NCBI GenBank assembly: GCA_965222375.1
Contig: CBDCTZ010000016.1
Span: 3,168,001-3,232,000, forward strand
Source: Polyangiaceae bacterium
Lineage (GTDB): Bacteria > Myxococcota_A > Polyangia > Polyangiales > Polyangiaceae
DNA: 64,000 nt
Direction: 5' to 3'
The notes under the pieces are model-generated. The model ran no database searches, was not told where the DNA came from, and saw only the letters and a list, made by a program, of their open reading frames with translations. Below are positions 27,449-36,919 of the stretch, one piece after another. Position 1 is the stretch's first letter, and every line of letters starts with the position of its first letter. Both the position numbers and the translations under genes were made by a program.

Positions 27449-29434
27449 CTATTCGCCGGCGTCCCCTTCGGGGGCCACCACGGCCAAGACCACATCCGCG
27501 TCCACCTGATCGCCCTCGGACACGTCGAGGGCTGTCACCTTGCCCTCATGGGCGGCCTTCACGCTGTGCTCCATCTTCATTGCTTCAAGGATGACGAGGG
27601 TCTGCCCAGCCTCGACTTCGTCGCCCACGGCAACTTCCACCCGAACCACCTTGCCCGGCATGGGCGCAACGCAGGCACCCGCAGCGGCGCCACTGTCCTT
27701 CACCGGAAAACGCGGCTGCTCTTGGAGCGCAAAAGCGGCGCCGTCGAGCTGCACGAACCAAGTGTCCCGCCAACTGCCCACGCTTACTCGGCGCACCACG
27801 CCGTCAGAGGCCTCGAAGCTGAGCGACGCGCCATCTCTCTTTACCCGTCGGACCACGCTTTCCTGATCGCCCACCCACAGCGCAACCTCTTGCCCCCGAG
27901 GAACGTACTCGACCTTCAGTTCGGTGCTGCCACAGCGATAGGAGACGCGTTCAGCGCTGAAGCGGTTGTTGGAGTAACCCGGGGTCAGCCCCGGCAAGCG
28001 GGTTTGCGACGCTTGGCGTAGGTCCCGAGCGTAGAGCGTCGCGGCGATGGCCGCCCAGGGCAAGAGCTGCTCCCGCGCCGCACTGGGCCGCAGGGACTCT
28101 TGATGTTCATCGATGAAGTGCGTGTGGGAGTTGCCTGCACCAAACTCCGGATGCCCCAATACGCGACCGAGGAACTCGCGGTTGGTCACCACGCCCAACA
28201 CCACCAAGCGGTCCAGGGCTCCCCGCAACCGGCGAATCGCGTCGCCCCGCGTGTCGCCGTGAGCGATCACCTTCGCGAGCATGGGATCATAGTGGATGCC
28301 GATCTCCGACCCGGCTTCGATACCACTATCCATGCGGACCCCGTCAGGCTCTCGATACTCGACCACGTGCCCCGTCGTGGGCAAAAAGCCCGCGTCGGCA
28401 TCCTCTGCGTACAGCCGCACTTCGATCGCTGCCCCGCGGATGCGCAGCTCGTCTTGAGTGAACGACAGCGGCCGCCCTTCCGCGATACGCAATTGCTCGG
28501 CGACGAGATCGACTCCCGTCGTGAGCTCGGTTACCGGGTGCTCCACCTGCAGCCGGGTGTTGACCTCCAAAAAGTAGAACTCGCCATCCGGCGCCAGAAT
28601 GAACTCCACGGTGCCCGCGTTGGTGTAGTCCACGGCGCGACCCACGCTGACCGCTGCCGCGCCCATGCGCTCCCGAAGCGCGGTGTCCACAGCCGGCGAG
28701 GGCGCCTCTTCCACGATCTTCTGGTGGCGCCGCTGAATCGAACATTCTCGCTCGAAGAGGTGCACCAAGTTGCCGTGGCTATCGCCGAGGATCTGCAGCT
28801 CCACGTGGCGCGGCTTGTCGATGTACTTCTCGATCAAGATCGTTTCATCACCGAAGGCGCTTTTGGCTTCGCGCTTGCCCGCCTCGATGGCGTGGGTCAG
28901 CTCGTCTTCGGAGCGTACGATGCGCATGCCCTTGCCGCCGCCACCCGCGCTCGCCTTGATCAACACTGGGAAGCCAACAGTCTTGGCCGATTCGCACAGC
29001 GCCTTCACACTCTGGTCCGAGGCGTCGCCACCAGGAATCACGGCCACGCCAGCTTCGCTGACCAAGCGTTTTGCCTCGCGTTTGAGGCCCATGGCGCGGA
29101 TCGCTTTCGGGCTTGGCCCCACCCAAGTGAGCCCCGCATCCACTACGGCCTGGGCGAAGTCAGCGTTCTCCGCCAGGAAGCCGAAGCCAGGGTGGATCGC
29201 ATCAGCGCCAGTACGCTTGGCTGCGTCGACGATGCGCTCCACCTTCAAGTAGCTCTCGCTACTCGCGGCGGGCCCGATCCTCACCGCCATGTCTGCACTA
29301 CGAACGAAGGGCGCGTCCGCGTCCGCGTCGGAAAAAACCGCGACCGTGCGAATGCCCATGTCTCGGGTCGTGCGTTGGATGCGCGACGCGATCTCACTCC
29401 GATTCGCGATCAGCAGACACTGAATTTCAGGCAT
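27449..29434 (-). CDS. Acyl-CoA carboxylase alpha subunit (biotin carboxylase + biotin carrier)
   Basis: 'LIANRSEIA', 'HPGFGFLAEN', 'GGGGKGMR', 'ERECSIQRRHQK', 'EVNTRLQVEHPVTE', biotin site EAMKM. Confidence 0.95.
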   Translation of the reverse strand: MPEIQCLLIANRSEIASRIQRTTRDMGIRTVAVFSDADADAPFVRSADMAVRIGPAASSESYLKVERIVDAAKRTGADAIHPGFGFLAENADFAQAVVDAGLTWVGPSPKAIRAMGLKREAKRLVSEAGVAVIPGGDASDQSVKALCESAKTVGFPVLIKASAGGGGKGMRIVRSEDELTHAIEAGKREAKSAFGDETILIEKYIDKPRHVELQILGDSHGNLVHLFERECSIQRRHQKIVEEAPSPAVDTALRERMGAAAVSVGRAVDYTNAGTVEFILAPDGEFYFLEVNTRLQVEHPVTELTTGVDLVAEQLRIAEGRPLSFTQDELRIRGAAIEVRLYAEDADAGFLPTTGHVVEYREPDGVRMDSGIEAGSEIGIHYDPMLAKVIAHGDTRGDAIRRLRGALDRLVVLGVVTNREFLGRVLGHPEFGAGNSHTHFIDEHQESLRPSAAREQLLPWAAIAATLYARDLRQASQTRLPGLTPGYSNNRFSAERVSYRCGSTELKVEYVPRGQEVALWVGDQESVVRRVKRDGASLSFEASDGVVRRVSVGSWRDTWFVQLDGAAFALQEQPRFPVKDSGAAAGACVAPMPGKVVRVEVAVGDEVEAGQTLVILEAMKMEHSVKAAHEGKVTALDVSEGDQVDADVVLAVVAPEGDAGE

Positions 29435-29626
29435 GTCAGCGGCGGCATCCTATCCTGCTTTGCCGGAGAGTTGTCCACCGCATCCAGCCTGGAAAAACGC
29501 GCGACCAGCGCTTTCCTATCCCTGGGTAGACCCCAGAAGATCCCCAGGTTTTCCCCAATGCGCAGGCGGGATCTGAGCGGCACCGGCGTTGCGACCCGGG
29601 CCGGTACTGGTCTATCAGGAGCGCCC

Positions 29627-30319
29627 ATGGCCGGCAGCTCGCAGTTTTCCGTCGAGCTTACCTACGCGAAGAGTCTGTCACCCCGCGTGCGTGGATTGAC
29701 CTTGCGCGCTTTGGGGTCGCCGCCCTTCGAGTGGCGTCCGGGACAGCACGTGAAGGTCGCGTTCCAAGAGTCTGCGCCAGCCTACCCGTACTCCATCGCG
29801 TCTGCGCCCAACGCCGAGCGGCCAGGTGAATTCGAACTCGCCATCTCCCGTTCTCCAGCCGCGCCAGATCTCGCAGTCGGCGCCGTGCTCCAGGCCGAGG
29901 GCCCCTTCGGATCGCTTTTGCGGCGCGAGCCCCGCGGCGCCCCCGTCCTCTTGGTGGCTGGCGGAACCGGCCTCGCCCCCTTGCGTGCATTGCTCCAAGA
30001 CGACATTGCCCGAGGCGGAGAGCACGCCGTCACGCTGCTTTTCGGTTGCCGCAACGAAGCTGAGATCTTGTGGCGCAAAGAGCTCGAGGCATTGAACGAT
30101 TCCGAGCCCCGCTTCACCTTCGAGCCCAGCCTATCCCGCGCCGAAAACGGCTGGACCCGTCGCCGCGGCTACGTCCAGAAGCACCTCGCAGAGATCTTGG
30201 ATCGCATGCCCGACGCCGAAGTGTACCTCTGCGGTCTGCCCGAAATGGTCCGAGATTGCCGCGCTCTGCTCGAAGGGCGCGGCACCCCAGCCGAACTCGT
30301 CATCGGCGAAGCCTATTAG
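29627..30319 (+). CDS. FAD/NAD(P)-binding oxidoreductase (ferredoxin reductase family)
   Basis: 'PGQHV', 'YSIASAP', 'EGPFG', 'AGGTGLAP', 'YLCGLPEMV'; AGGAG RBS. Confidence 0.9.
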   Translation: MAGSSQFSVELTYAKSLSPRVRGLTLRALGSPPFEWRPGQHVKVAFQESAPAYPYSIASAPNAERPGEFELAISRSPAAPDLAVGAVLQAEGPFGSLLRREPRGAPVLLVAGGTGLAPLRALLQDDIARGGEHAVTLLFGCRNEAEILWRKELEALNDSEPRFTFEPSLSRAENGWTRRRGYVQKHLAEILDRMPDAEVYLCGLPEMVRDCRALLEGRGTPAELVIGEAY

Positions 30320-30431
30320 TTTGGGTTTTTGGGGGTCGAGCACTGGGGCGGCCCTGGTGCCCTAATCTCGCACCTGCACCCGCGGTGCATGGACGCGCGC
30401 GTCGCCGACGTGAGTGGCTCCCTTCGCCGCC

Positions 30432-30541
30432 GTAGCCTAAGCTCAGAGCTACTGACATGCGTTGGCTGCTGCTCCACATCCAGCGGCGTGACGCCGTTGT
30501 TGAGGTAGCCTAAGCTCAGAGCTACTGACATGCGTTGGCTG
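30432..30541. repeat. Two identical 37-bp direct repeats separated by 36 bp
   Basis: GTAGCCTAAGCTCAGAGCTACTGACATGCGTTGGCTG at 30432-30468 and 30505-30541; the second copy contains the ATG of the next gene. Confidence 0.9.
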
Positions 30542-31255
30542 AGCACTGTCGGCGTTGCCGCGGTAGTTGTCTTCCTGGGCGCCTCCTGCTCCCGCAGACC
30601 GCCGCCTCCTTCCCGAAACAGCGTCGCCTCTTCCGCCCCGGCCATCGCTGGCCCCACCGAATCCGCTCCTGCCGCGCGGCCGTCGTCGAGCCCGCTAGAT
30701 CGGCGCGTGCGGCGTTTCCTCGACGACAACCGGGAGTCATGGCGCGACTTCAACGTGCCCTACGAAGATGGGCGCGTGCTGCATGACCTGGTAGTTCGGG
30801 GAAAGTTCCGCTCGATTCTCGAAGTCGGCACGTCGACCGGGCACTCGACGGTGTGGCTGGCGTGGGCGGCGAGCAAGACCGGTGGCAAGGTGCAGACTAT
30901 CGAGATCGACAAGCGCCGCTACGACATTGCCCTCGCCAACGTCGAGAAAGCCGGTCTCAGCTCCTACGTCGAGGCCTTCCACGCCGATGCCCACGAGTTG
31001 GTGAAGACGCTCCCCGGGCCCTTCGACTTCGTATTCTCTGACGCGGACAAGGCCTGGTACATCCAGTACTTCGAGGACGTTCACCCGCGCATTTCGCCGG
31101 GGGGCTGTATCGCTGCGCACAATGCTCTGAACGGCTTCAGCGGCGTCGACCGCTACATCGCGCACGTGAAAAGGCACCCAGCCTACGTGACTCGAATCGA
31201 ACGGTCGAGTCCGTCCGGCTTCGCAATCAGCTGCAAGAAGCCGGCGTCAAATTGA
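30530..31255 (+). CDS. O-methyltransferase family protein with lipoprotein-like signal peptide
   Basis: 'ILEVGTSTGHSTVW', 'PFDFVFSDADK..Y', 'GGCIAAHN'; N-terminal hydrophobic stretch ending 'LGASC'. Confidence 0.88.
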   Translation: MRWLSTVGVAAVVVFLGASCSRRPPPPSRNSVASSAPAIAGPTESAPAARPSSSPLDRRVRRFLDDNRESWRDFNVPYEDGRVLHDLVVRGKFRSILEVGTSTGHSTVWLAWAASKTGGKVQTIEIDKRRYDIALANVEKAGLSSYVEAFHADAHELVKTLPGPFDFVFSDADKAWYIQYFEDVHPRISPGGCIAAHNALNGFSGVDRYIAHVKRHPAYVTRIERSSPSGFAISCKKPASN

Positions 31256-31556
31256 GCGCGACGGGCTTGACCCAGGCACGGCCCTTGTTCGTATGCTGTG
31301 CTCGAGACAAACGCAGCACCAGTGTCGTGGCCCTCAAAGAACCCCGAAGCGCTGCTCGCTCCATTCCTCAGACGTTGCTAGCCGCACTGAGGGGAACAAG
31401 CCTCTTGGCACTTTCGCACGCGTCGTGTCCGTTACGGTGCGCTTCTTCATTGGTTGCTGATTGTCCGAGGGTGGCTCAGAGTGGCGCCTACGGGAGGGAA
31501 GGCACGAGAGTAGTGCCCCAACGCCGCCCCAGGGATGCGACCCAAACAACAGCAAC

Positions 31557-31964
31557 TCAACCTCGCGGGCGCACGCTTCGGGGACCGATCACGATGGCCC
31601 CAAGTCTCTCGACGCGAGCCGATAGCTCGCGGTCGGCAGTCGCGACGAAACACGGCTGGTCTTCGAACGAGTCGCCCACGACCTCGACGATGGTGTCGTC
31701 TCCGGATCCGGGCGACGCCACGACACGGACCCCCGGCACGCCAGCCACGCTCTTGGCGGCGCCTTCGACGACCAACACGACATCGATTGGGCCCACGCGC
31801 AACGCATCCGGAGCGCGTCTTGCGTCGAGGCCGTGCGAGGCGACCGCCGCCAGGCTGTCTCGCAGCCGGACCGTGGCGCCCACGCGATCGCGCCACCAGC
31901 CGTCGGGAACGGAACCGACGACGTTCGCGGCGTCGACCACGAGCAGTGGAGCGTCATCAGCCAT
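31557..31964 (-). CDS. NYN/PIN-like domain protein (YacP-like)
   Basis: 'LVVDAANVVGS.PDGWWRDR', 'LVVEG', 'SGDDTIV', 'VATADREL' acidic PIN-type motifs. Confidence 0.72.
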   Translation of the reverse strand: MADDAPLLVVDAANVVGSVPDGWWRDRVGATVRLRDSLAAVASHGLDARRAPDALRVGPIDVVLVVEGAAKSVAGVPGVRVVASPGSGDDTIVEVVGDSFEDQPCFVATADRELSARVERLGAIVIGPRSVRPRG

Positions 31965-32261
31965 GAGTCAGTCTACCCGTGGAACTCGCTAGCGTGCGTT
32001 TGGGGGCCAATGCCGACCTGAGCACTTTCGCCGCAACCTCGCGTTTTCTCTGGACGAAAACTGGGCGCAGGGGGAGCGGCACCCCGTGCCCTGGCCGGTC
32101 GTCGGGAAGGTTGAAAGGACCAGGGGGCTTGCTTCGAGGCCCGGCACGAGTCAGGCTCCGCGCCGCCACTGCTTTGGCTGGTTGCCGCTTGTCTCTAACT
32201 CGAGCGTCTACCCGCCGTCGTGGGGCAGGCGTTTCCCATTCAACCAAACCAGGTGGTTCCG

Positions 32262-33257
32262 ATGTCATTCCTTCGCCTTGCCGCAGTTTCGGCTGTTGCG
32301 GTCCTCACAGTGCCCTTTGCCGGCGGTTGCTCGGCTTCGTCCGACGAAGGAGTCGGCGGTACCAGCGGCGGCGGCAATGTCGGAGGCTTCGGCGCATTTG
32401 GCTCCGGTGGCACCAACACGGGCGGCTTCGGCGCATTTGGCTCCGGCGGCACCAACACGGGCGGCTTCGGAGCGTTCGGTAGCGGTGGCGTTGGTACCGG
32501 GGGTATCCCCGGCACAGGCGGTGCTGCAACCGGCGGTGCCGCGGGCAGCGGTGGATCCGCGGGCACGGGCGGCGCAGGCGCATTCGGTGGCACTGCTGGT
32601 ACCTCGGGTTCGGGCGGAACTGCGGCAACCGGTGGGGTTGCCACGGGCGGCTTCGCTGGAACCGGCGGAGTGGCTACCGGCGGAACGGCTGGAACCGGCG
32701 GAGTGGCGACGGGTGGCTTCGCTGGAACCGGCGGGGTTGCTACGGGCGGAACGGCTGGGACCGGCGGGGTTGCCACAGGCGGAACGGCTGGGACCGGCGG
32801 GGTTGCCACAGGCGGAACGGCTGGGACCGGCGGGGTTGCCACAGGCGGAACGGCTGGAACTGGCGGCGTGGCTACGGGCGGCACTGGCGGCGTGGCGGGT
32901 TGCCCCGGTACGACCATCGGCAGTACCTGCTACTACCTGGCGGACAAGAACGGTCAGACACACTCCGCGGCGAAGGGCAAGTGCACCGCCCTCGGCGCCG
33001 GTTGGGATCTGTGCAGCTCCACTCAGCTCTGCAATGCGTCCGTCTACACCTATTTGGGTACCGCGGGATGCGACTGCAACGGCGGCGCCGCTGCATGCGC
33101 CTGCGGCTCGGCCAAGAATCTCTATATCCAGGTCACTGACAGCCCAAGCGCCCCTTATTACATCCGCACGGCGAACGCTCCGAACTGCAACTGGGCCAGC
33201 GACGCCTGCACCGTTTCGGTCTCGGAAACCTGCGGCGCCGCCCTCTGCTGCAAGTAA
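32262..33257 (+). CDS. Lipoprotein with Gly/Thr repeat linker and Cys-rich C-terminal (C-type-lectin-like) domain
   Basis: Lipobox 'AGGC'; tandem GGFGAFGSGGTNT and GGVATGGTAGT repeats; 'CYY...AAKGKCTALG..W.LC'. Confidence 0.8.
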   Translation: MSFLRLAAVSAVAVLTVPFAGGCSASSDEGVGGTSGGGNVGGFGAFGSGGTNTGGFGAFGSGGTNTGGFGAFGSGGVGTGGIPGTGGAATGGAAGSGGSAGTGGAGAFGGTAGTSGSGGTAATGGVATGGFAGTGGVATGGTAGTGGVATGGFAGTGGVATGGTAGTGGVATGGTAGTGGVATGGTAGTGGVATGGTAGTGGVATGGTGGVAGCPGTTIGSTCYYLADKNGQTHSAAKGKCTALGAGWDLCSSTQLCNASVYTYLGTAGCDCNGGAAACACGSAKNLYIQVTDSPSAPYYIRTANAPNCNWASDACTVSVSETCGAALCCK

Positions 33258-33324
33258 CGGCGAGGCTGAACCTCCCAGCTAGCACGTCGGTCGTTCTCTC
33301 GACGCGGCGCCCACTTACGCGCAG

Positions 33325-34029
33325 CTATTGATAGTTGATGCTCGGATGTACGAGCTTGAGCACCAGGCTGAAGGCTGGGCCGGCGATATACGAAAACAAT
33401 TGCCACGCGACGATCAGCCCAAGCAAACCCATCATGGGCGTTTCGTTCAGACGCCCATAGAAGGACCCCGTGTATCGCGGCAAAGCACCCTCGACGACTC
33501 CGGCTCCGTCTAGCGGCGGGATCGGGATGAGATTGAACAGCCCAAGCAGCACATTGAGATTGACCATCACGCTCAGCGCCATGGCGACCGCGCCCATCGG
33601 CGAGCGATAGGTGGGGTCACCGGCCACCGCGACGATACGGGTGAAGCTCACCTGTTCGGGAGCGAGGAACACTCCCGAAGCGATCAAGACCTTGATGATC
33701 ACCACAGCGAGCGCCGCTAAGATCAAATTGGCTGCTGGGCCCGCCAAAGACATGAGCGCCTGCTTTCCAGGGTTCCGTCTAGCCCACTCGGGGTCATATG
33801 GAACGGAGGCCCAGCCGATCATCCAACCCATCTGAACGAAAGAAATCAACGGCACGAGCACCATGCCAAAAGGTGAACGCCGAATGTGCGGCAGCGGGTC
33901 GAGGCTGAGCACGCCGCCCTCGTAGGCCGTAGAGTCACCGCCTTTGTACGCGACCAAGGCGTGCGCGTACTCGTGACAGGTCGTCGATAGGACGAAGACG
34001 AGGTACCAGACGATGAGGTTGGCGATCAT
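33325..34029 (-). CDS. Site-2 protease (M50 family)
   Basis: HEYAH, 'LAGPAANL', 'FNLIPIPPLDG'. Confidence 0.93.
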   Translation of the reverse strand: MIANLIVWYLVFVLSTTCHEYAHALVAYKGGDSTAYEGGVLSLDPLPHIRRSPFGMVLVPLISFVQMGWMIGWASVPYDPEWARRNPGKQALMSLAGPAANLILAALAVVIIKVLIASGVFLAPEQVSFTRIVAVAGDPTYRSPMGAVAMALSVMVNLNVLLGLFNLIPIPPLDGAGVVEGALPRYTGSFYGRLNETPMMGLLGLIVAWQLFSYIAGPAFSLVLKLVHPSINYQ

Positions 34030-34047
34030 GAGCAGGAGACTCGGCTG

Positions 34048-34671
34048 TCAGGTGCTGACCCAGACCTCTTCCGTCACCCGCCGAAGTCCGGCCTCCCGGA
34101 ACTTCGGCGGAGCGTCCTCGATGTCGTTGCGGACCTCGACGCGTCGCAGACCAGGCCAATAAGTCAAAACCTCCGCCGCTGGCACCGAGAACGGTGGCCC
34201 CCCGACAACGCTCTGGTCGTACTCGAAAGAGATCACTAGTTGGCGGGCGTTGGGCGCTAGCAACGACGTGGTATGCGCCGCGTAGCGAGGTCGAAGGTCC
34301 GGATTCATTGCTACCAATGCGCCGCGGTCGAAATGGCCGTCGAACTGCTCGCCCGAGAAGGCGAAGTAGTCGCCGCAGAATAGGCTGATGCGCCGGTCGC
34401 GGGCGCGGTACTCGGTCAGCGCTCCGTCACGACGAGAGAAGGCCAGTTGGTTTTCCTCGAAAAACGCTTCGACGGCGATTTCCGACAGCTCGACCCCAAC
34501 AACCTCGTTGCCCTGCTGTTCGAGCCAAAGCAAGTCGCGGGCCTTGCCGCACATGGGCACCAGTACACGTTTGCCCGAAGCATTCCAATGCTGTTTCAGC
34601 AACGGGCTGCCGTCTTTCTGATGCCAACCGATGCGGCCTTCGTGCCAGCGCTGTTTCCAGTCTTCGGTCAT
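34048..34671 (-). CDS. tpm: Thiopurine S-methyltransferase
   Basis: 'WKQRWHEGRIGWH', 'VLVPMCGKARDL', 'GVELSEIA', 'FDRGALVA', 'GPPFSV'. Confidence 0.88.
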   Translation of the reverse strand: MTEDWKQRWHEGRIGWHQKDGSPLLKQHWNASGKRVLVPMCGKARDLLWLEQQGNEVVGVELSEIAVEAFFEENQLAFSRRDGALTEYRARDRRISLFCGDYFAFSGEQFDGHFDRGALVAMNPDLRPRYAAHTTSLLAPNARQLVISFEYDQSVVGGPPFSVPAAEVLTYWPGLRRVEVRNDIEDAPPKFREAGLRRVTEEVWVST

Positions 34672-34756
34672 GGTGACTACTTGGTGTCGCGGCAGCCTAG
34701 CCGCAACTGGCGGTCCCTTGCATGCCAAGTTGAAGTCGCCTCTACTTCGCCCACGA

Positions 34757-35215
34757 ATGCTGGACGCACGAGTTGCCGAATTCTGGGACGCGTTTGCCGC
34801 GGCGACAGGGGTCAGCGCGCGCTACACCGCCTGGGCCTTTGGCAGCGACAACGACCCCGCGACCCAGACGGCCCTGGGCCAGCTCGTCTTGAAGGGTCCC
34901 AAGCGGGCAACCGCTGGCTTGCTCGAGGAATACCAACAAGAGGGCGAGCCCCTACCGGCGCCTGGTGACTACAGCGTCGTGCTAGATGGTCGCGGAACGC
35001 CGCTGTGCGTCATCGTCACCACCGCCGTCGAAGTGCGGCCCTTTGGCGAGGTCGACGAGGAGTTTGCTTGGATCGAAGGCGAGGGGGACCGCACCCTCGC
35101 CTGGTGGAAGCGCGCCCACCTGGACTTCTTTGCGGGCATCGGCGTCCGCGTCGACGACCACTCCCAGATGGTGCTGGAGCGTTTCGACTTGGTGTGGCCG
35201 GTGGGCGCACCCTGA
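34757..35215 (+). CDS. ASCH domain protein
   Basis: 'WAFG', 'LVLKGPKRATA', 'FAWIEGEGDRTLAWWK.AH', 'VLERF'. Confidence 0.9.
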   Translation: MLDARVAEFWDAFAAATGVSARYTAWAFGSDNDPATQTALGQLVLKGPKRATAGLLEEYQQEGEPLPAPGDYSVVLDGRGTPLCVIVTTAVEVRPFGEVDEEFAWIEGEGDRTLAWWKRAHLDFFAGIGVRVDDHSQMVLERFDLVWPVGAP

Positions 35216-35237
35216 GGTTCAGCATGTGCCGCGAGCG

Positions 35238-36023
35238 CTAGCGGTGCCGCGCCACCACCGTCGAGTGTTGCTCGCCCCGCTCGCCGGCACACAAGAGCAA
35301 CGTCAGATTACTCGCGAGCAGGTTGCGACTCCTATCCGGGAGCGTGATCCCGAAGCGCGCGAGAGTATCGAGGGCGTCGCGTACAGTGTCCAATGCGCCG
35401 GCGACCAGAGTACGCCGGGCATCGACTAGTGCCTGGGCTTGCTGGCGTAGCAACATGGATTGGGCGATCTCCGGCGCGTAGGCCAGATCGTTGAGGCGGA
35501 CGAGTCGGATCTCGACGCCCGCTTCCGCCACTTGCGCTCGTAGCTGGGTCATCAGCGCGTGGATGATCTCTGGGCTCTCCTTCTTCAAGCAGGGCTGATT
35601 GGGGTCTTCACTTTCGTAGGGAAAGCGGGAGCACACGCTCTTCAACACCGTCGAGGCCTGGTTGTGCACGAAGCGCCGATAGTTCTCGACGTCCAAGCTC
35701 GCCTTCACCGGGTCGACGACATGGTAGACGCAGACCGCTGAAGCCTGAATTGGGTTGCCATGCGTGTCGACGATCGTGGTCAGAGGAACCTCGGCGATGG
35801 CATCGCGAAGCGAAACCTTGCGCCATCCGAGTCCGATGGAGAACGCCCAGCTAATCCCTGGGCTCATGATCGTGCGTCGGTACTTGCCCCAGTACAGGAT
35901 TACGAAGGCTGTCCGGGGCTCGACCACGAAGAAGCCTCGCAGGATCAGGATGAAGACAATCAGCGCCGGAATGAAGCCAATGCCAGCCGCAGCAATGGCC
36001 AGCTCGAGGAACTCCTCGGTCAT
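35238..36023 (-). CDS. SPFH/band 7 domain protein (paralog 2)
   Basis: N-terminal TM; 'GNPIQASAV', 'LNDLAYAPEIAQSMLLRQQA', 'NLTLLLC'. Confidence 0.88.
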   Translation of the reverse strand: MTEEFLELAIAAAGIGFIPALIVFILILRGFFVVEPRTAFVILYWGKYRRTIMSPGISWAFSIGLGWRKVSLRDAIAEVPLTTIVDTHGNPIQASAVCVYHVVDPVKASLDVENYRRFVHNQASTVLKSVCSRFPYESEDPNQPCLKKESPEIIHALMTQLRAQVAEAGVEIRLVRLNDLAYAPEIAQSMLLRQQAQALVDARRTLVAGALDTVRDALDTLARFGITLPDRSRNLLASNLTLLLCAGERGEQHSTVVARHR

Positions 36024-36823
36024 GCCTGCACCTGCGTGGCCGGGCGAGCTGGTTCCACCGTCACTGCGATGGGCATGACCGTCTGAACCCGCTCGCCGCT
36101 GCACAGCACCATCATCAGGTTCGTGGTCAGCGACTCCAATGCCTGTGGCGGAAGCTGGAGGTTGGAATGGGACATGCGCTCGAGGGCGCCGCGCACGGTT
36201 TCCGTTGCGCCCTTCACCATCGTGCGGCGTGCATCCACCATGGCCGCAGCTTGCTGACGCAACAGCATGGATTGAGCGATTTCCGCCGTGTAGGTCAGAT
36301 CGTTGAGCCGCAGATCGAGTACCTCGACGCCCGCAGGATTGAGTAGCTCCTGCAACGTTGTGATCAGGTGTCTGGTAACCACCTCACTCTCGCGCTTCAG
36401 GCTCGGCTGATTGGGGTCAGTCGCTTCGTAGGGGTAGTGAGCACAAACGTTCTTGATCACGACGGTCGCCAAGGAGTTGACGAAGGTCGGATATTCTTCG
36501 ACTTCCAGCGCTGCCCGAGCGGCGTCGCGAACGCGGTACGAGCAGATTGCCGATACTTCGATCGGGTTGCCGCTCGACTCGACCACCAACATGGTTGGCA
36601 GGTTCGTGGTCACGGTTTGGCTCGAGACCCGGTAGAGCTTGCGCCCCAACGGGAATACGTAGCCCAAACCGTTGTCTTCGATGGTGCGTTTGTATTTGCC
36701 AAAGCGCAGCACCACCACCTTGGTGAAGGGTTGCACGATGATGATTCCCATCAGCGCGTACAGGATGAAGACGCCGAAAGCCCCCACCCCCGCGAATAGC
36801 GAAACCGCGATCAGTTCTTCCAT
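36020..36823 (-). CDS. SPFH/band 7 domain protein (paralog 1)
   Basis: 'GNPIEVSAI', 'LNDLTYTAEIAQSMLLRQQA', 'NLMMVLC'; ATGA overlap with paralog 2. Confidence 0.88.
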   Translation of the reverse strand: MEELIAVSLFAGVGAFGVFILYALMGIIIVQPFTKVVVLRFGKYKRTIEDNGLGYVFPLGRKLYRVSSQTVTTNLPTMLVVESSGNPIEVSAICSYRVRDAARAALEVEEYPTFVNSLATVVIKNVCAHYPYEATDPNQPSLKRESEVVTRHLITTLQELLNPAGVEVLDLRLNDLTYTAEIAQSMLLRQQAAAMVDARRTMVKGATETVRGALERMSHSNLQLPPQALESLTTNLMMVLCSGERVQTVMPIAVTVEPARPATQVQA

Positions 36824-36919
36824 GCCCGCGACATAGTCGATTCCCGGGTGCGGGAAAATCGACGCTGAGTGGCGATCCGAGTGCCGCCTTTGGGATTGGT
36901 GTATCCTTATTGGCAGCGG

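Noticed and set aside
28100..29626. N-terminal 500 aa of the 739-aa ORF 28100-30319
   Set aside because: Antisense shadow of the biotin carboxylase gene; only the part from ATG 29627 has reductase motifs and an RBS.
30432..30541. CRISPR array
   Set aside because: Only two repeats, no cas genes or AT-rich leader in the window, and the repeat includes a gene start codon.
31252..31992. 246-aa plus-strand ORF
   Set aside because: Ser/Thr/Arg-rich with no motifs, and overlaps the NYN-like gene on the opposite strand.
32380..32900. 33/39-bp tandem DNA repeats as a non-coding element
   Set aside because: In-frame codons for a Gly/Thr linker with synonymous variation; ordinary for such lipoproteins.
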